Positions 1 to 10,538 of a DNA stretch of 64,000 nt are shown one piece after another. The position numbers were made by a program, and so were the translations under genes. This DNA comes from an uncultured Actinomycetes bacterium (GTDB lineage Bacteria; Actinomycetota; UBA4738; HRBIN12), in NCBI GenBank assembly GCA_963821925.1, contig CAWGFO010000010.1, forward strand, positions 403 to 64,402, in the 5' to 3' direction. The notes under the pieces are model-generated. The model searched no databases and was not told where the DNA came from. It saw nothing but the letters and a program-made list of their open reading frames with translations. The first letter of the stretch is position 1. Each line of letters starts with the position of its first letter.

Positions 1-209
1 GGCCTCGGCGCCTCTCCTCACCTTCCACACTCGCAGCGAGCGAGCGCAGGCAGGGGTGGCGGCGAGGGTGCTGACGGTGAACGGCCTGCCGCTCTTGGCT
101 GACGGAGGCAGCGCGCTGCCGCTCCTCGACGAGGTGCCGGTTCGACTCGTCTTCTCCGAGCCTCTCTATTCCGGCCACCATCGGCCCCGAGAGCGTTCGG
201 CTGATTCAC

Positions 210-2605
210 ATGGCTGACTCGACGCCCGTCGAAGGGCAGATCGCCGCCGAGGGTATTCATCTCACCTTCGATCCGGCGACGACGCTCCGAGCGGGAGACG
301 CCTATCAGCTCGTCCTCACCACAGCGGTGAACGATCTGGGAGGCGAGGCCATCGCCCCGGTTGCCCTCGCTTTCGCGCCACTCCGCATGGCCGCCGCCGA
401 CGCGGGGCTCTACCCGCTGAGCCTGACGATCGAGCCTCTCTGGGACGACGGCGGTCCCCAGCCGGAATCCAAGATGTCACCGATGCCGGTGAACAGCTCA
501 TTCCTGTCGGCCCCCCTCTTGGGCGCCAACATGCTGGGGGTGAAGAGTGGCGGGCTCGAGGCGCTGGTGGGAGACCCGCAATATTCTCGGCACCCGAATT
601 CCCATGGTCATCAGGCGTGGCCAGCGGATCGATTTCACATGCTGCCGATTCGCTTCGCCGGAGTGCTCGAGGCGGGGCTTCAGACCGGGACGATTTATTT
701 CACCATGCTGACCGACGCGTATGGCTCCCTCATGCGAAACCCGCTCCGCGCCGGCGAGCAGGTGCCGGACGACATCGAGTCGCCAGTGTCCGTCGATCTC
801 ACGATGGACGCGGTTGTGACGAGCGAGGACGCGCGCGGGAACGTCATCTCGACGCAGACGGTGATGGGCATTCACCTCTTGGGCTTGTCGACCGTCGACG
901 GCGATCAGCTCGCGATCGAGCAGGTCGGCGCGATGGACTTCAGCACGCTCGGCATCAACGTGGCGCCGGTGAATCTCGCCATGCGGCTCCGCACCGGCTC
1001 GATGCCGGTGGTCGCTCCGCTGTCGGCTCCTGTTCTCCTCTCGTCGTACCCATCTCCGGGCGCGACCGGTGTGCTGCCCGACGCGCCGATGAGCTCAACT
1101 TCTCTGGCCCCATGGACCCGGCGCGCATTCGTGACGGGGTGGAGCTCACGCTGGCGGAGGGCGCGGGCGCGACCGCGACCGTCATTGCGATCACCACCCA
1201 GCTCAGGGGGTCGACCCTCGTCATCAGGTCGCTCCGGCGGCTCGATGACGGCGTCGCGGTGAGGCTCAACTACACCGGGCTCCAGTCGTTGGCCGGTGAG
1301 GCGGTGGCTCAAGGCGCTTTGTCGTACACCACCGCGGTCATGTCTTCGGCCCAGCCGGCACCGCCGATCATCACCGCCATCTCACCTGGAGCGCCGTGTG
1401 CCCTGACCGGGAACGGTGCCGGTCACTGCGCCTCGGGGCTCGCGAGCGATACGAGCTACCAACCCTTCACGCTGCCGAGCAACCGTGACATCCATGTGTC
1501 GTTCAATCAGCCGATGGATCCTGCCTCGCTTAACGTCGGGGCGGCCTGCGGCCAGGGGAGCGTTCGCGTCGAGAGCGTCAACGCGACCGGCCAGTGCACG
1601 GCAGTCGTGGTGGGCACACTCACGAAGAGCGACCGTGAGATCCTCTTCCAGGCCAATCAGCCTTGGACGGTGGGCGGAGCCTACCGGCTCACCCTGGTGG
1701 GCGGCAGCAGCACCAGCTGTGGGGAGGGGAGGATCTGCGGTTCGAAGACGGCCAGCCGCGACACCGACCCCCTCGCAGGGGCCACCTCGAGCCACGCGGG
1801 AGGCCCGGACGTGGCGATCAACTTCACGGGAGCCCCCGCCACCCCAGACAGTTACCAGCCGCTCGAGAGCGAGCCGTTCGCCGACCTGAACGGCAATGGC
1901 TACCTCGACGAGACCGAGCTGAGCAACGAGAAGAACCGGGTCGTCATGGAGTTGGCCGGGTTCGGCGGCGACCTCATCAACGACGCCAGCCTGTTGGGCG
2001 AGGACTGTATGCCCGAGCGGCCGGGCCAGCAGGTGTGCTCCTACGTCCACGCGACCTTGCCTTCCTCGATCGGGAGCCTCTTGGCCACCTGCCCAATCGA
2101 TGCGTCAGGCCAGCCAGCCACCGCCACCAACCCGTGCATCCAGGTGCAGGTCTACCCGAACTCGATTCTCGGGACGTCGATTTCGATGAGCACCACGTCG
2201 TTCGGGACCCTTCGCCTCGACGTGCCGACCGGAATGATGGTGATGCGCCTCCGAGAGATGGGGGGGCCGATCACTGGCTACATCATGCGAATACCAGGGC
2301 TCGACGATCCGCAGTTCGTCATCACCAACAACGTGTACTTCGACAACCCCGACATCTCGATTCAGGTGCCGAACGTCTCGCAGAAGCTGGCGACCGAGGA
2401 TCTCCACAGCAAGGAGCTTGCCGTGACGCTCAAGGGGCCGGTGACCTTCAGGCCCGACGGGAAGTTGGAGGTGGCCTTGAGGAGCACCGCCGATGTGATC
2501 GTCAGGGCGAATCTCACGGCGATCACCTCCACGAAGGGGACCATTGATCTGAAGATTCCCGCAGGAGAGATGCGGATCACCCTCGCCGGGCCGCTCTTGC
2601 GATGA
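210..2605 (+). CDS. Large secreted or cell-surface protein with repeated bacterial Ig-like (Big-type) segments. The reading frame changes near 1085–1095, joining ORF 210..1262 to ORF 617..2605.
   Basis: The frame starting at 210 is protein-like up to about 1085; after that only the frame of 617..2605 is. The 'PMDPA' motif recurs (…NFSGPMDPARI…, …SFNQPMDPASL…). Residues are Thr/Ser/Gly-rich, beta-rich and low in Arg. There is no recognisable catalytic motif. Confidence 0.5.
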
Positions 2606-3504
2606 GGTCCATCATGCGAAGAACCGGGCTCGTCCTCGTCCTCCTCTGTGCCGTGATCAGCCGGGCCGCCTTCGGTCAATCCGGCGACGACAGTGCGGGT
2701 TCCTCGACGGTTGTGCCAACTCCCGCTGCGACGAGCTCGACCCGCGAGTCGGAGCGCGACAGCTGGTTCGGGTTCTCCTTTCGTCTCGGGGGGCTGTTCA
2801 TCCTCCCCACAGGGCGAAGCAAAGAAGTGGAGCTGGCCAACGTGAGCCCGATGGCCCATCTCTCGGGTTTGACCGACGGGCCGATTGCCGGCTCGTGGGC
2901 CGCGATGGGCAGCAACGTGATGGCGGCCGCCACCATCGGCTGGGCTCCTCCGATCCTGAATCGGCAGTTGTCGATCGAGACGATCCTCGCGCTCCCGTTC
3001 ACCCAGAAGTTGTACATGGGAGGGACCCTCGCCACCGCCTCGCTGGCCCCCACCGCCCTTGGCGTGCTGCCGACCGGGGTGCCTGCGCTCGGCTCGGAGC
3101 TTGGGGAGGTGACGGTGTTGCCGCCGGTCGTGACTCTGGTCTACCGGTTCTTCCCCTCGTGGCGAGTTCGACCGTACCTCGGGGCGGGGGCCAGCCTCCT
3201 CGTCGTCATGGGCGCGAGGATCACCAATCCGGCGCTCTCCGAGATTTCTCCGCCGAAGGTCGAGATTCCTCCCAAGCTCGGTTGGGTGGTTCAGGCGGGG
3301 GCCGAGGTTCGCGTATTCGGTTCGTTCTTCGTCACCGGCGACATCAAGTACATCGGAGGGCTCGCGCTCACTGCCAAGGTGACCGACATCTGGGTTCGGC
3401 TGCCGAACCTGCCGCTCTACGGGCCGGTGAAGGTGGGCGACAACGTCGTGAGGGTTTCCGTCAATCCGGTGGTCGTTCAGCTCGGCATCGGGATGAACCT
3501 CTGA
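2602..3504 (+). CDS. Outer-membrane beta-barrel protein (OmpW-like) with an N-terminal signal peptide.
   Basis: MRSIMRRTGLVLVLLCAVISRAAFG|QS signal followed by alternating hydrophobic beta-strand periodicity. Its start overlaps the stop of the upstream gene (2602 vs 2605), which suggests translational coupling. Confidence 0.55.
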   Translation: MRSIMRRTGLVLVLLCAVISRAAFGQSGDDSAGSSTVVPTPAATSSTRESERDSWFGFSFRLGGLFILPTGRSKEVELANVSPMAHLSGLTDGPIAGSWAAMGSNVMAAATIGWAPPILNRQLSIETILALPFTQKLYMGGTLATASLAPTALGVLPTGVPALGSELGEVTVLPPVVTLVYRFFPSWRVRPYLGAGASLLVVMGARITNPALSEISPPKVEIPPKLGWVVQAGAEVRVFGSFFVTGDIKYIGGLALTAKVTDIWVRLPNLPLYGPVKVGDNVVRVSVNPVVVQLGIGMNL

Positions 3505-3609
3505 ACCACCAGCATCAATCTCCTCGCTCCCCCCACACCGAGGAGAACGGGGTCCTCCGGATGGCGAGCGAGGCCGAAGACGACCGCGCACCCTCCCTCA
3601 TTCACTCAC

Positions 3610-4601
3610 TCACCACGTCCGCGACAGGAGGTCGAGCCGATCGAGCTCCTTCGCTGAGAGCTGGAGCCCCATCGCTCCGACATTCTCGTCGGCGTGCTTC
3701 GGCTTGCTCGCGCCTGGAATGGCGACCACCGTATCGCCGTGGAACGCCACCAGCCAGGCGAGGGCGACCTGCGAGGGCGTCGAGCCGTAGGCCCGAGCGA
3801 GGCGCCCAGCTCCTCGACGAGGGGCCGGCTCTTCTCGAGCCCGCGCGAGCGAAACGCCGGCAGCACCTTTCGCGGGCCGCTGATCGAGCTCGGGTCGTCG
3901 TGGAACTTGCCGGTCAACAGGCCCTGCTCGAGAGGGGAGTAGGCGATGATGGTGATGCCAAGCTCCTTCGCTGCGGCGAGCACGCCGTTTCGCTCGATGC
4001 GCCGGTCGAGCAAGTTGTACTTCATCTGGTTCGACGCGAGTGCCAGGCCCTTGGCCGCCAGCGCGGCACAGGCTCTCCGCATGCGTTTCTCGCCGAAGTT
4101 GCTCACCCCGACGGCGCGGGTCTTCTTCTCTGTGACGAGCGCGGCCATGGCTGCCATCTCCGCCTCGACCGACGAGAGACCGAACGGCGCATGCACCTGA
4201 TGCAGGTCGATGGGCCATGGCGAAAGGGCTGCGATTCGGTCGCCGATGGTCGCCTCGATGCTGCTCGCCGTGCGCAGCGCGGGGAACCACTTGGTGGCCA
4301 CGACGAGCTGGCCCGGCGCCCGACCCGCCGCCAGGAGCGCCTTCGACAACGCGCGCTCGGAGCGCCCTTCGCCATAGGCCTCGGCGGTGTCGAACCAGTT
4401 GACGCCGCCAGCGAGTGACGTGGCGATAATCTCGTTCACCGTCGTCTGCGGCAGCGCCGGCCAGAAGCGCCCCGCCAGCCCGGTGCCCTCGGAGAACTGC
4501 CAACACCCGAGGCCGATCGAGGTCACCTCAAGTTCGGTTCTGCCGAGCCGGCGCTTCGTAGGCATGAGCCCCTCTCGGTTGACGAGCTGACGGGTTGACA
4601 A
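3610..4601 (-). CDS. Aldo/keto reductase with a frame change near 3820–3830.
   Basis: N-terminal AKR motifs are in ORF 3606..4601 (GLGCWQF…, …TAEAYG…, …LQQNEIE-like…). The C-terminus (…STPSQVALAWLV…IPGASKPKHADENV…) appears only in the frame of ORF 3610..4506. Confidence 0.7.
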
Positions 4602-4694
4602 ACGCGAAGCAGCCTAGCGTTCGTTTGCCCGACGGTTCTACGGAAATCTTATAAATGATGTTGCAAGGCAAAATCAATAAGCCCAAGCTGCGCC

Positions 4695-5498
4695 ATGGCT
4701 CGAGCACAATGGCGTCGCAGCGCGTTCCTTGTGGTGGTCGCGTCGGCCACCGCCGCCGCCCAGGACGCTTTCGAGATTCAGGTCTACGACGCGCGGACGG
4801 CGGCTCCGGGCCAATCGGTGCCGAGTTCCACCTGAACCACTTCTTCGTCGGGAGCACCAGCTTCGAGGGCCCAGAGCAGCCGACCAATCATGTCACCCAC
4901 CTCACCTTCGAGCCCCACATCGGCCTGGCCGATTGGTGCGAGGCGGGGGCGTACGTCTCCACCGCGGTCCGCGCCAGCGGCACCTTCGACGTCGCGAGCC
5001 TCAAGCTGAGATTCAAAGCCCGGTGGCCTACGCGGCTCTGGGGGCGGCTCGGGCTCGCGCTGAACCAGGAACTGTCGGCCACCCGGCTCGACTACGAGGC
5101 GAGCGGGTTCGCCTGGGAGATTCGCCCTGTCATCGACTTCGAGTGGAGGCGGCTGGTACGTCTCTGCGAACCCCATCGTCTCGGTGCCGTTGGGGGGGCC
5201 CGACAAGGGCAGGCCTGAGCTCGAGCCCTGCGCCAAGGTTGCCATCCGCGCACTCGAGATCCTCTCTGTCGGGGTGGAATACTACGGCGCGCTCGGGCCG
5301 ATCGCCCGTATGGATGCCCCCGCGTCCCAGGTTCACCGGCTGTTCGGCGCGCTCGACTTCGACTGGCGGTCGGGCCGCCGACTGTTCGAGCTCAACCTCG
5401 CTCTGGGTTACGGCCTGTCAGGCGCCGAGCGGTCGATCGCCAAGGCGACTGTGGCGTTCGACGTGGAGCCAGAGCCACCCAGGCCCTCGGGGCAGTGA
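4695..5498 (+). pseudogene. Secreted beta-barrel-like protein read across three frames (at least two frame changes, near 4805 and 5175).
   Basis: Signal peptide MARAQWRRSAFLVVVASATAAAQDAFEIQVYDARTA in one frame (ATG 4695). It continues as …AEFHLNHFFVGSTSFEG…FEWRRLV in the frame of ORF 4655..5218, then as …PLGGPDKGRPELEPCAKV…ATVAFDVE in the frame of ORF 5184..5498. A G7 homopolymer lies at the second switch. Confidence 0.45.
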
Positions 5499-5600
5499 GA
5501 GGCCCAAGTCGACCAGACCGGAGCCGTCACCTGATGACGTCGCGCCACGGTGCTTGGTCCACCACCAGCCCAAAACCGCCTCTCGCGAGCGACCTGGCGC

Positions 5601-7247
5601 TCACGGTTTGCAGGCGAGGGCCGTGGCGCCAGCCACCTCGGCGAGCAGAGCCTGGAAGCGCCGGTGTTTGCTCGAGAACGAGCTCTGGAGCGTGCGGACC
5701 ATCGTCAGGTCGGCTCCGTCGACCGCCAGTCGGCGGCCCAGCGCATAGGTGAGCGTGCGGTCGATCATGCAGGCCTCGGTGCGCGGGTCGGCTTTGAGGA
5801 GCTGCACCAGTCCTGTGGCATTCTGGAAAGGCTTTCCTGCGAAGATTCCCGCGGGGTCGATGGTGGCGCCGTTCTCTTGGGTGCGGAGCCGGGAATCGGC
5901 CCCGTACACCTCGAGGGCGTAGCCGATGGGGTCGAGGACCTGGTGGCAGCCGTTGCAGGCCGCGCTCGCTGTCAGCGCATCGAGGCGCTGGCGAACGGTC
6001 GGCTGATCGGTCGTCGCGTCGGGCACCGGGGGCACGACGACGCCAGCGGGAGGCGCGAGAGGCGCGCACAACATTCGTTCGAGCACGTAGTTGCCGCGCT
6101 TGGGCACGTTCGTCTTGGTCGTCTTGCTGGTGACGACGAGCGGCGCCGACTGGCCGAGCAGGCCGGCTCGGGGATCATTGGGGCTCAACGTCACTCGGGC
6201 CAGCGCATCGCCGCTGGCCGACAGGTTGAGGAAGCCCGCCAAGGTTCCGTTGACGAAGGTGACCGTAGCGTCAATCAGGTCGAGCGCGTCGCGATCTCGG
6301 AGAAGAGGAACTCGTCGAGGTAGGCCCCGATCTGTTGTTGCATGGCCTTCATCACGCCGGTGGTGACGCCGGGAAACAGGGCGGCGTCGAGGGCCACACC
6401 CTCGACGTTGCTCACGTTGAACCACTGCGCCACGAAGCGGCTCTTGAGGCTGGCCGCCCGTGGGTCCGCCAGGAGTCGGGCAACCTGCGCGTCGAGCACG
6501 CTCTTCTGCGCGATGGCCCCCGAGTCGGCTAGGGCGGCCAGCTCGTCGTCGGGCGAGGTGCCCCGACACGAAGTACGACAGGCGCGAGGCCACCGCCCAG
6601 GTCGACGCCGCTTGGGCTTCGGGCACCACCGCCTCGGTGCGGAGCAGGAAGTTGGGGCAGCAGACTGCGCTCAAGGCGAGCTTCGCGGCGCTTTCGAAGT
6701 CGTCGCCCGCGGCGCGGGTAGCGTCGTAGAGCTGAACGAGGCTGGCCAGCTCGTCGCGCGTGACGGGCCTGCGCCAGGCGCGCCGGGCGAACCTCGAGAG
6801 GAGCTCGTTGGCGCACGACGCTTCGGTCACCGCTCCGCCGGGCGTACACGACCTGAGCCGGCTCTGGGCGGGTGGGATCGCCGTACGGGTGGTGTCCCGC
6901 GCCCACGCTGCGTCGATGACCCGAAGGGCGACGTCTCGAGCCCCTGGACCAGGCCGGGGGCGATGGACAGGCTGGGTCGCGTCATTGTCGAAGTGGAGCG
7001 CGCCGATGACGTCGGCGGGGAAGAACCTCGCGGGTTTCAGCTCGTCGTCGACGAGGGAGCCGAGCGTGGCGTCGATGTCTTGAATGTTGAGGCGTGTCAG
7101 CGGCGCGCGCGACAGCTGGCACGCCTCGGCCGGGACGTTGGGGTTGGGATTGGGATGGGGGTCAATCGTCTCGGAGCCGAGGGCCGAGACGATGCCCTCA
7201 CAACCGGAGACGACGAAGAAGAGCACTGAGAGGAGGAGTGGGCGCAT
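5601..7247 (-). pseudogene. DUF1592/DUF1585-type protein (planctomycete-type c-type cytochrome domain family) with at least two frame changes.
   Basis: A CxxCH motif (…ASAACNGCHQVLDPIG…) sits near the C-terminus. The central conserved segment is found only in the alternative frame ORF 6275..6499 (…RFVAQWFNVSNVEGV…). The middle of the long ORF is an Arg-rich nonsense frame. Confidence 0.55.
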
Positions 7248-7253
7248 GGCTTT

Positions 7254-8622
7254 CTAGAGCCCCGAGAGGGAGGTGACGCCGAATTCGCCGAACTTCCCAG
7301 TCACGCCGAAGGCGGAGAGGATCGTCACGAATGCATCGCCGACGTGCTTGTGCTGGCCGTCGATGTGACGGCCTGGGTTGAGGGCGCCTCCGAGTGAGCC
7401 GGCGAGCAGCACGGGCATGTTCATGGAGTCGTGGAGATCTGCGTCGGCGACATCGCTCCCGTAATAGAGCGCCGCCCGCTTGATGAGCGGTGTGCCGTCG
7501 GCGTCGGTCACCTTGGCGGAGCTGGTCGACGAGGTAGGCGAAGATGCCCACCTGCCAGGCGTCGATCACGCCCTTCGCGTGCGTCTTGGCCGCGTCCGTC
7601 CCGTGGTGCGAGGCGTTCCGGGGTGCGAGTAGGCGACGCCGTCGACCTTGAAAGACATCGGGCTCGTGCCTTGGCCCAGCATGTAGGTGGCGGCGCGCGT
7701 GGCGTCGCACTGGAAGCCGCCAACGATGAGGTCGCACATGAGGTTGGCGTACTTGTCTCGGTCCACGGGGATCAGCGAGACCGGTGTGGACCGATCGCAG
7801 CTCGTCGAGATGGAACCGAGTCCGACGAGGCAGTCATCTTGTCCAGTTCCACCTCGATGCGCCGCACGCCCTCGAGGTACTCCTCGACGCGGAGCCGGTC
7901 GTCGGTGCGGAGATCCTCGACTTGAGCGCTGCGGCGTGCCCCTTGACCGCGTCGACCACCCGCCGGCGTCGGGCCGCCTCCTTCAGCACCGCGGAGAGAC
8001 GCCGGCGTCTGTGCTGCCCCCGTTCCCGCTTCCGCCTGAACCGAACAGCCGCTCGAAGGCGACCTGCGGGTGGTAGACGTTGGCCTGCGCCGAGCCCTTG
8101 CTGACCGACACCACGCACTGGGCGCTGTTCGGCCATCTTGCCGGTCCTCCCGGTTGGGGGCCTGGTAGTAGCCCTGGCTGTTGGCGACGAATCCGCGGGG
8201 GCCAATAGTACCCGTTGTTTTCGAGGCCGAGGTTCAGCGTGGCGAGCTTCACGCTCGACTCGCTCAGCCTTCCGATGACCTGATTGATCGAGCTCGCTCC
8301 GTCAAGCCGGGAGGCGGTCAGGAAGACCTTGAGCCCGCCATCGGGGCTGCCCATGTTGTTGTCGTCGCCAGGCTGGAGGTTCGAGATCACGCTCACGTGC
8401 TGGCGAACGGGGGCCAGCGGGGCCAGGGAAAGGGGCAAGTCGAAGGTCGAACCGAAACTGGTCGGTCGCCACAGCGCCGGCACGATGCCGATTGGGTCCG
8501 TACTGCCAGCACGAAGCGGAAGGGCGCGACGACGTCGGCTTGCGCTCTGAGGCATGAGCGAGCTGGAGGAGTGGCAACAAGGCCAATCCTGATCGACGGA
8601 GGAGGGTCCGACGGCTGAGCAT
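7254..8622 (-). pseudogene. Tat-secreted DUF1552-family protein with at least three frame changes.
   Basis: Tat signal MLSRRTLLRRSGLALLPLLQLAHA at 8622. DUF1552-like segments lie in ORFs 7983..8555 (…FERLFG…), 7566..7766 (…DRDKYANLMCDLIVGGFQCDATRA…) and 7254..7511 (…MPVLLAGSLGG…), each in a different frame. Confidence 0.55.
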
Positions 8623-8699
8623 GAGTTCTCCTTTTCCTGTACGTTGCTGCTATGCGGTATGGAGGCACGATCGGCCGGGAAAGGGTCAACGAGTGTTAT

Positions 8700-8790
8700 C
8701 CGTTGTGAACACTCCGTGCGTGTGTGGGTGTGTATATATGTGAATGTGTGTATGTGTGTTGATGTGCATGCGTGTTGATGTGCATGTGGT
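8700..8790. repeat. GT-rich, lower-GC microsatellite-like tract with an imperfect 16-bp tandem duplication (gtgttgatgtgcatg c gtgttgatgtgcatg).
   Basis: Read directly: tgtgtgggtgtgtatatatgtgaatgtgtgtatgtgtgttgatgtgcatgcgtgttgatgtgcatgtgg. Confidence 0.7.
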
Positions 8791-8807
8791 TAGAGGGATT
8801 CTCGGAG

Positions 8808-9940
8808 GTGCTGCGTTCATTCTCGGGTCGTCATCATCGGTGCTGGCGTGGTCGGGCTGGCGATCGCCGACGGGTGTCGCGCAGGACCCGAGAAGTGGTC
8901 GTTCTCGAGAGCGCGGCCCGCACCGGCCAAGCGACGTCATCGCGGAGCTCCCAGGTGCTCCACTCGGGGCTCGACCACCCCAAAGGCTCGCTCAAGGCCC
9001 GGCTCTGTGTGGCGGGCAATCGCGCGCTCCCGAGCTGGTGCGAGATGCACGGCGTGCCCCTCAGGAGGGTCGGCAAGCTCATCGTCGCTACCACCGATCC
9101 CGAGCAGACCGAGCTCGAGGAGCTCCTCCGCCGGGCCGAAGCCAATGGCGTCGAAGGGATCATGGCCCTCGACGGCTCCGATGTCCGATCACTCGAGCCC
9201 TCGGTGTGCGCGGTGGCCGCGCTGTGGGTGCCGTCCACCGGAATTCTCGAGGCTCGTACCCTGGTGGATTCACTGGCTCGCGCGGCGGTCGACCGAGGTG
9301 TCATCGTCGCCCTCCGCCACCACCTGATGTCCCTTGAGCCCGAGCCTGGAGGCTTGGTCGCTCGAGGTGGCGTCGGGGCAGGATTGCTTTCGGCTCCATG
9401 CCCAGTGGGTGATCAACGCGGCGGGGCTCCATGCCGATGCCATCGCGTCCCTCGCCGGCCTCGACGTCGACGCGCTGGGCTACCGCCAACACTGGGTCAA
9501 GGGGCGCTACGTGCGGGTGCGCGGCGGGCGCCAAGTCGCGCACCTGGTCTACCCGCGTGCCTCCGGCGACGTTGTCAGGGCTGGGGGCTCGATCTCACCA
9601 TCGGCCTCGACGGCGACGTGCGGTTGGGTCCCGACGTGGTGCCGCTCGAGACGCGCGTCGAGGACTACGCGGTTGACGAGGGCTGTCTGGCGGCGTTCCA
9701 CGAGGCGGCGCGTCGGTTCATCCCCTCCCTTTCTCTCGACGAGCTGGCGGCCGACACTTCGGGCATCTACTCAAGCTCTCTCGACCCGGAGGGCCGTGGC
9801 GCGACTTCGTCGTGGTCGAGGAGAGCGCCCATGGGTGCCCGGGCTCGTCACCCTGGCTGGCATCGAGTCGCCTGGGCTCACCTGCTCGACCGAGCTGGCG
9901 AAAGAGGTCGATGCCATCGTCTCTCTTCCTGCTTGAGGCT
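8808..9940 (+). pseudogene. FAD-dependent oxidoreductase of the L-2-hydroxyglutarate oxidase / glycerol-3-phosphate dehydrogenase type, with about five frame changes.
   Basis: Rossmann motif VVIIGAGVVGLAIA, followed by …VVVLESAARTGQ…SSQVLHSGL…GSLKARLCV…HGVP…VGKLIVAT… (frame of 8772). …FRLHAQWVINAAGLHADAIA… is in another frame and …LVTLAGIESPGLTCSTELAKEV… in a third. Confidence 0.55.
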
Positions 9941-10155
9941 GTGTCCTCGGCGACGAATCTGGAGCGTGCGCGCACCAGCCTGGAGTGCTATCTATACGTA
10001 ATGAGTGCTGTTTTTGTCGGCCTTATAAGAGATCGTCGCTCGTGCGCACATCACCACTGTTCACGAATGGCCTTTTTGGACTATAAAGCGCCGTCATTTT
10101 TCATCCTCTGACTCTGAGGTTTGGGGTCGGAGCCAGCGAAGCGGAGCGTTCCTCG

Positions 10156-10443
10156 ATGGCGCAGAACCTCGGATTCACGGTCTGGCTGACAGGTATGTTG
10201 GGGGCGGGGAAGTCGACGGTAGCGAACTACGTCGCTGCACGGTTGAGGCAAGTGGGCCGGAACGTCGAGATACTCGACGAGGACGAGCTGGGTGAGGCGC
10301 TCTGGGCGGAGATGGACGGCTCGACCAAGGAGCAGCGGATCGTCATCTCGCGTCGAATGGCCTTCTTGGCCGAGCTTCTCACCCGCAACGGGGCCTGTGT
10401 GATGGTGGCCTGCACCAGCCCGTACAAGAGCCAGCGTGACGAG
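10156..10443 (+). pseudogene. cysC: Adenylylsulfate (APS) kinase, 5' portion only (about 95 of about 190 residues).
   Basis: GFTVWLTGMLGAGKSTVA P-loop, followed by …LDEDELGE… and …ACTSPYKSQRDEA. After about 10443 the frame degenerates and runs into the 3' end of an opposite-strand gene. Confidence 0.6.
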
Positions 10444-10538
10444 GCCAGCAGCACGTCGATCGCGCCGGAGCCGAACACCTGGAACGCGATGAAGGCGCCG
10501 TCAGGCGCCCGGGTGTAACGGGTCTCGGGGACATCCAT
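10443..10538 (-). pseudogene. N-terminal 32-codon fragment of a second alpha/beta-hydrolase–cyclase paralogue.
   Basis: MDVPETRYTRAPDGAFIAFQVFGSGAIDVLL parallels MKLDVQYAWNGDVAIAYQVLGEGPRDLLIV of the upstream gene. Its ATG overlaps the upstream stop (ATGA). Similarity is lost after about 10443. Confidence 0.4.

Noticed and set aside
617-1080. 5' part of ORF 617..2605 (MASGSISHAADSLRRSARGG…) as an independent gene start.
   Set aside because: Arg-rich nonsense. The protein-like signal in this region is in the frame of ORF 210..1262, so the two ORFs are one gene joined by a frame change near 1,090.
2362-3591. 409-aa minus-strand ORF opposite the OmpW-like gene, plus similar antisense ORFs at 27428..29302, 28743..30698, 18053..19165, 18810..20090, 38132..39790, 41307..43295 and 43264..44922.
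   Set aside because: All are Arg-rich shadow ORFs of well-supported genes on the other strand. This is an expected artefact of high GC with few stop codons.
8700-8790. Possible CRISPR array or minisatellite.
   Set aside because: There is only one imperfect 16-bp duplication and no spacer-repeat periodicity. No cas genes occur anywhere in the window.
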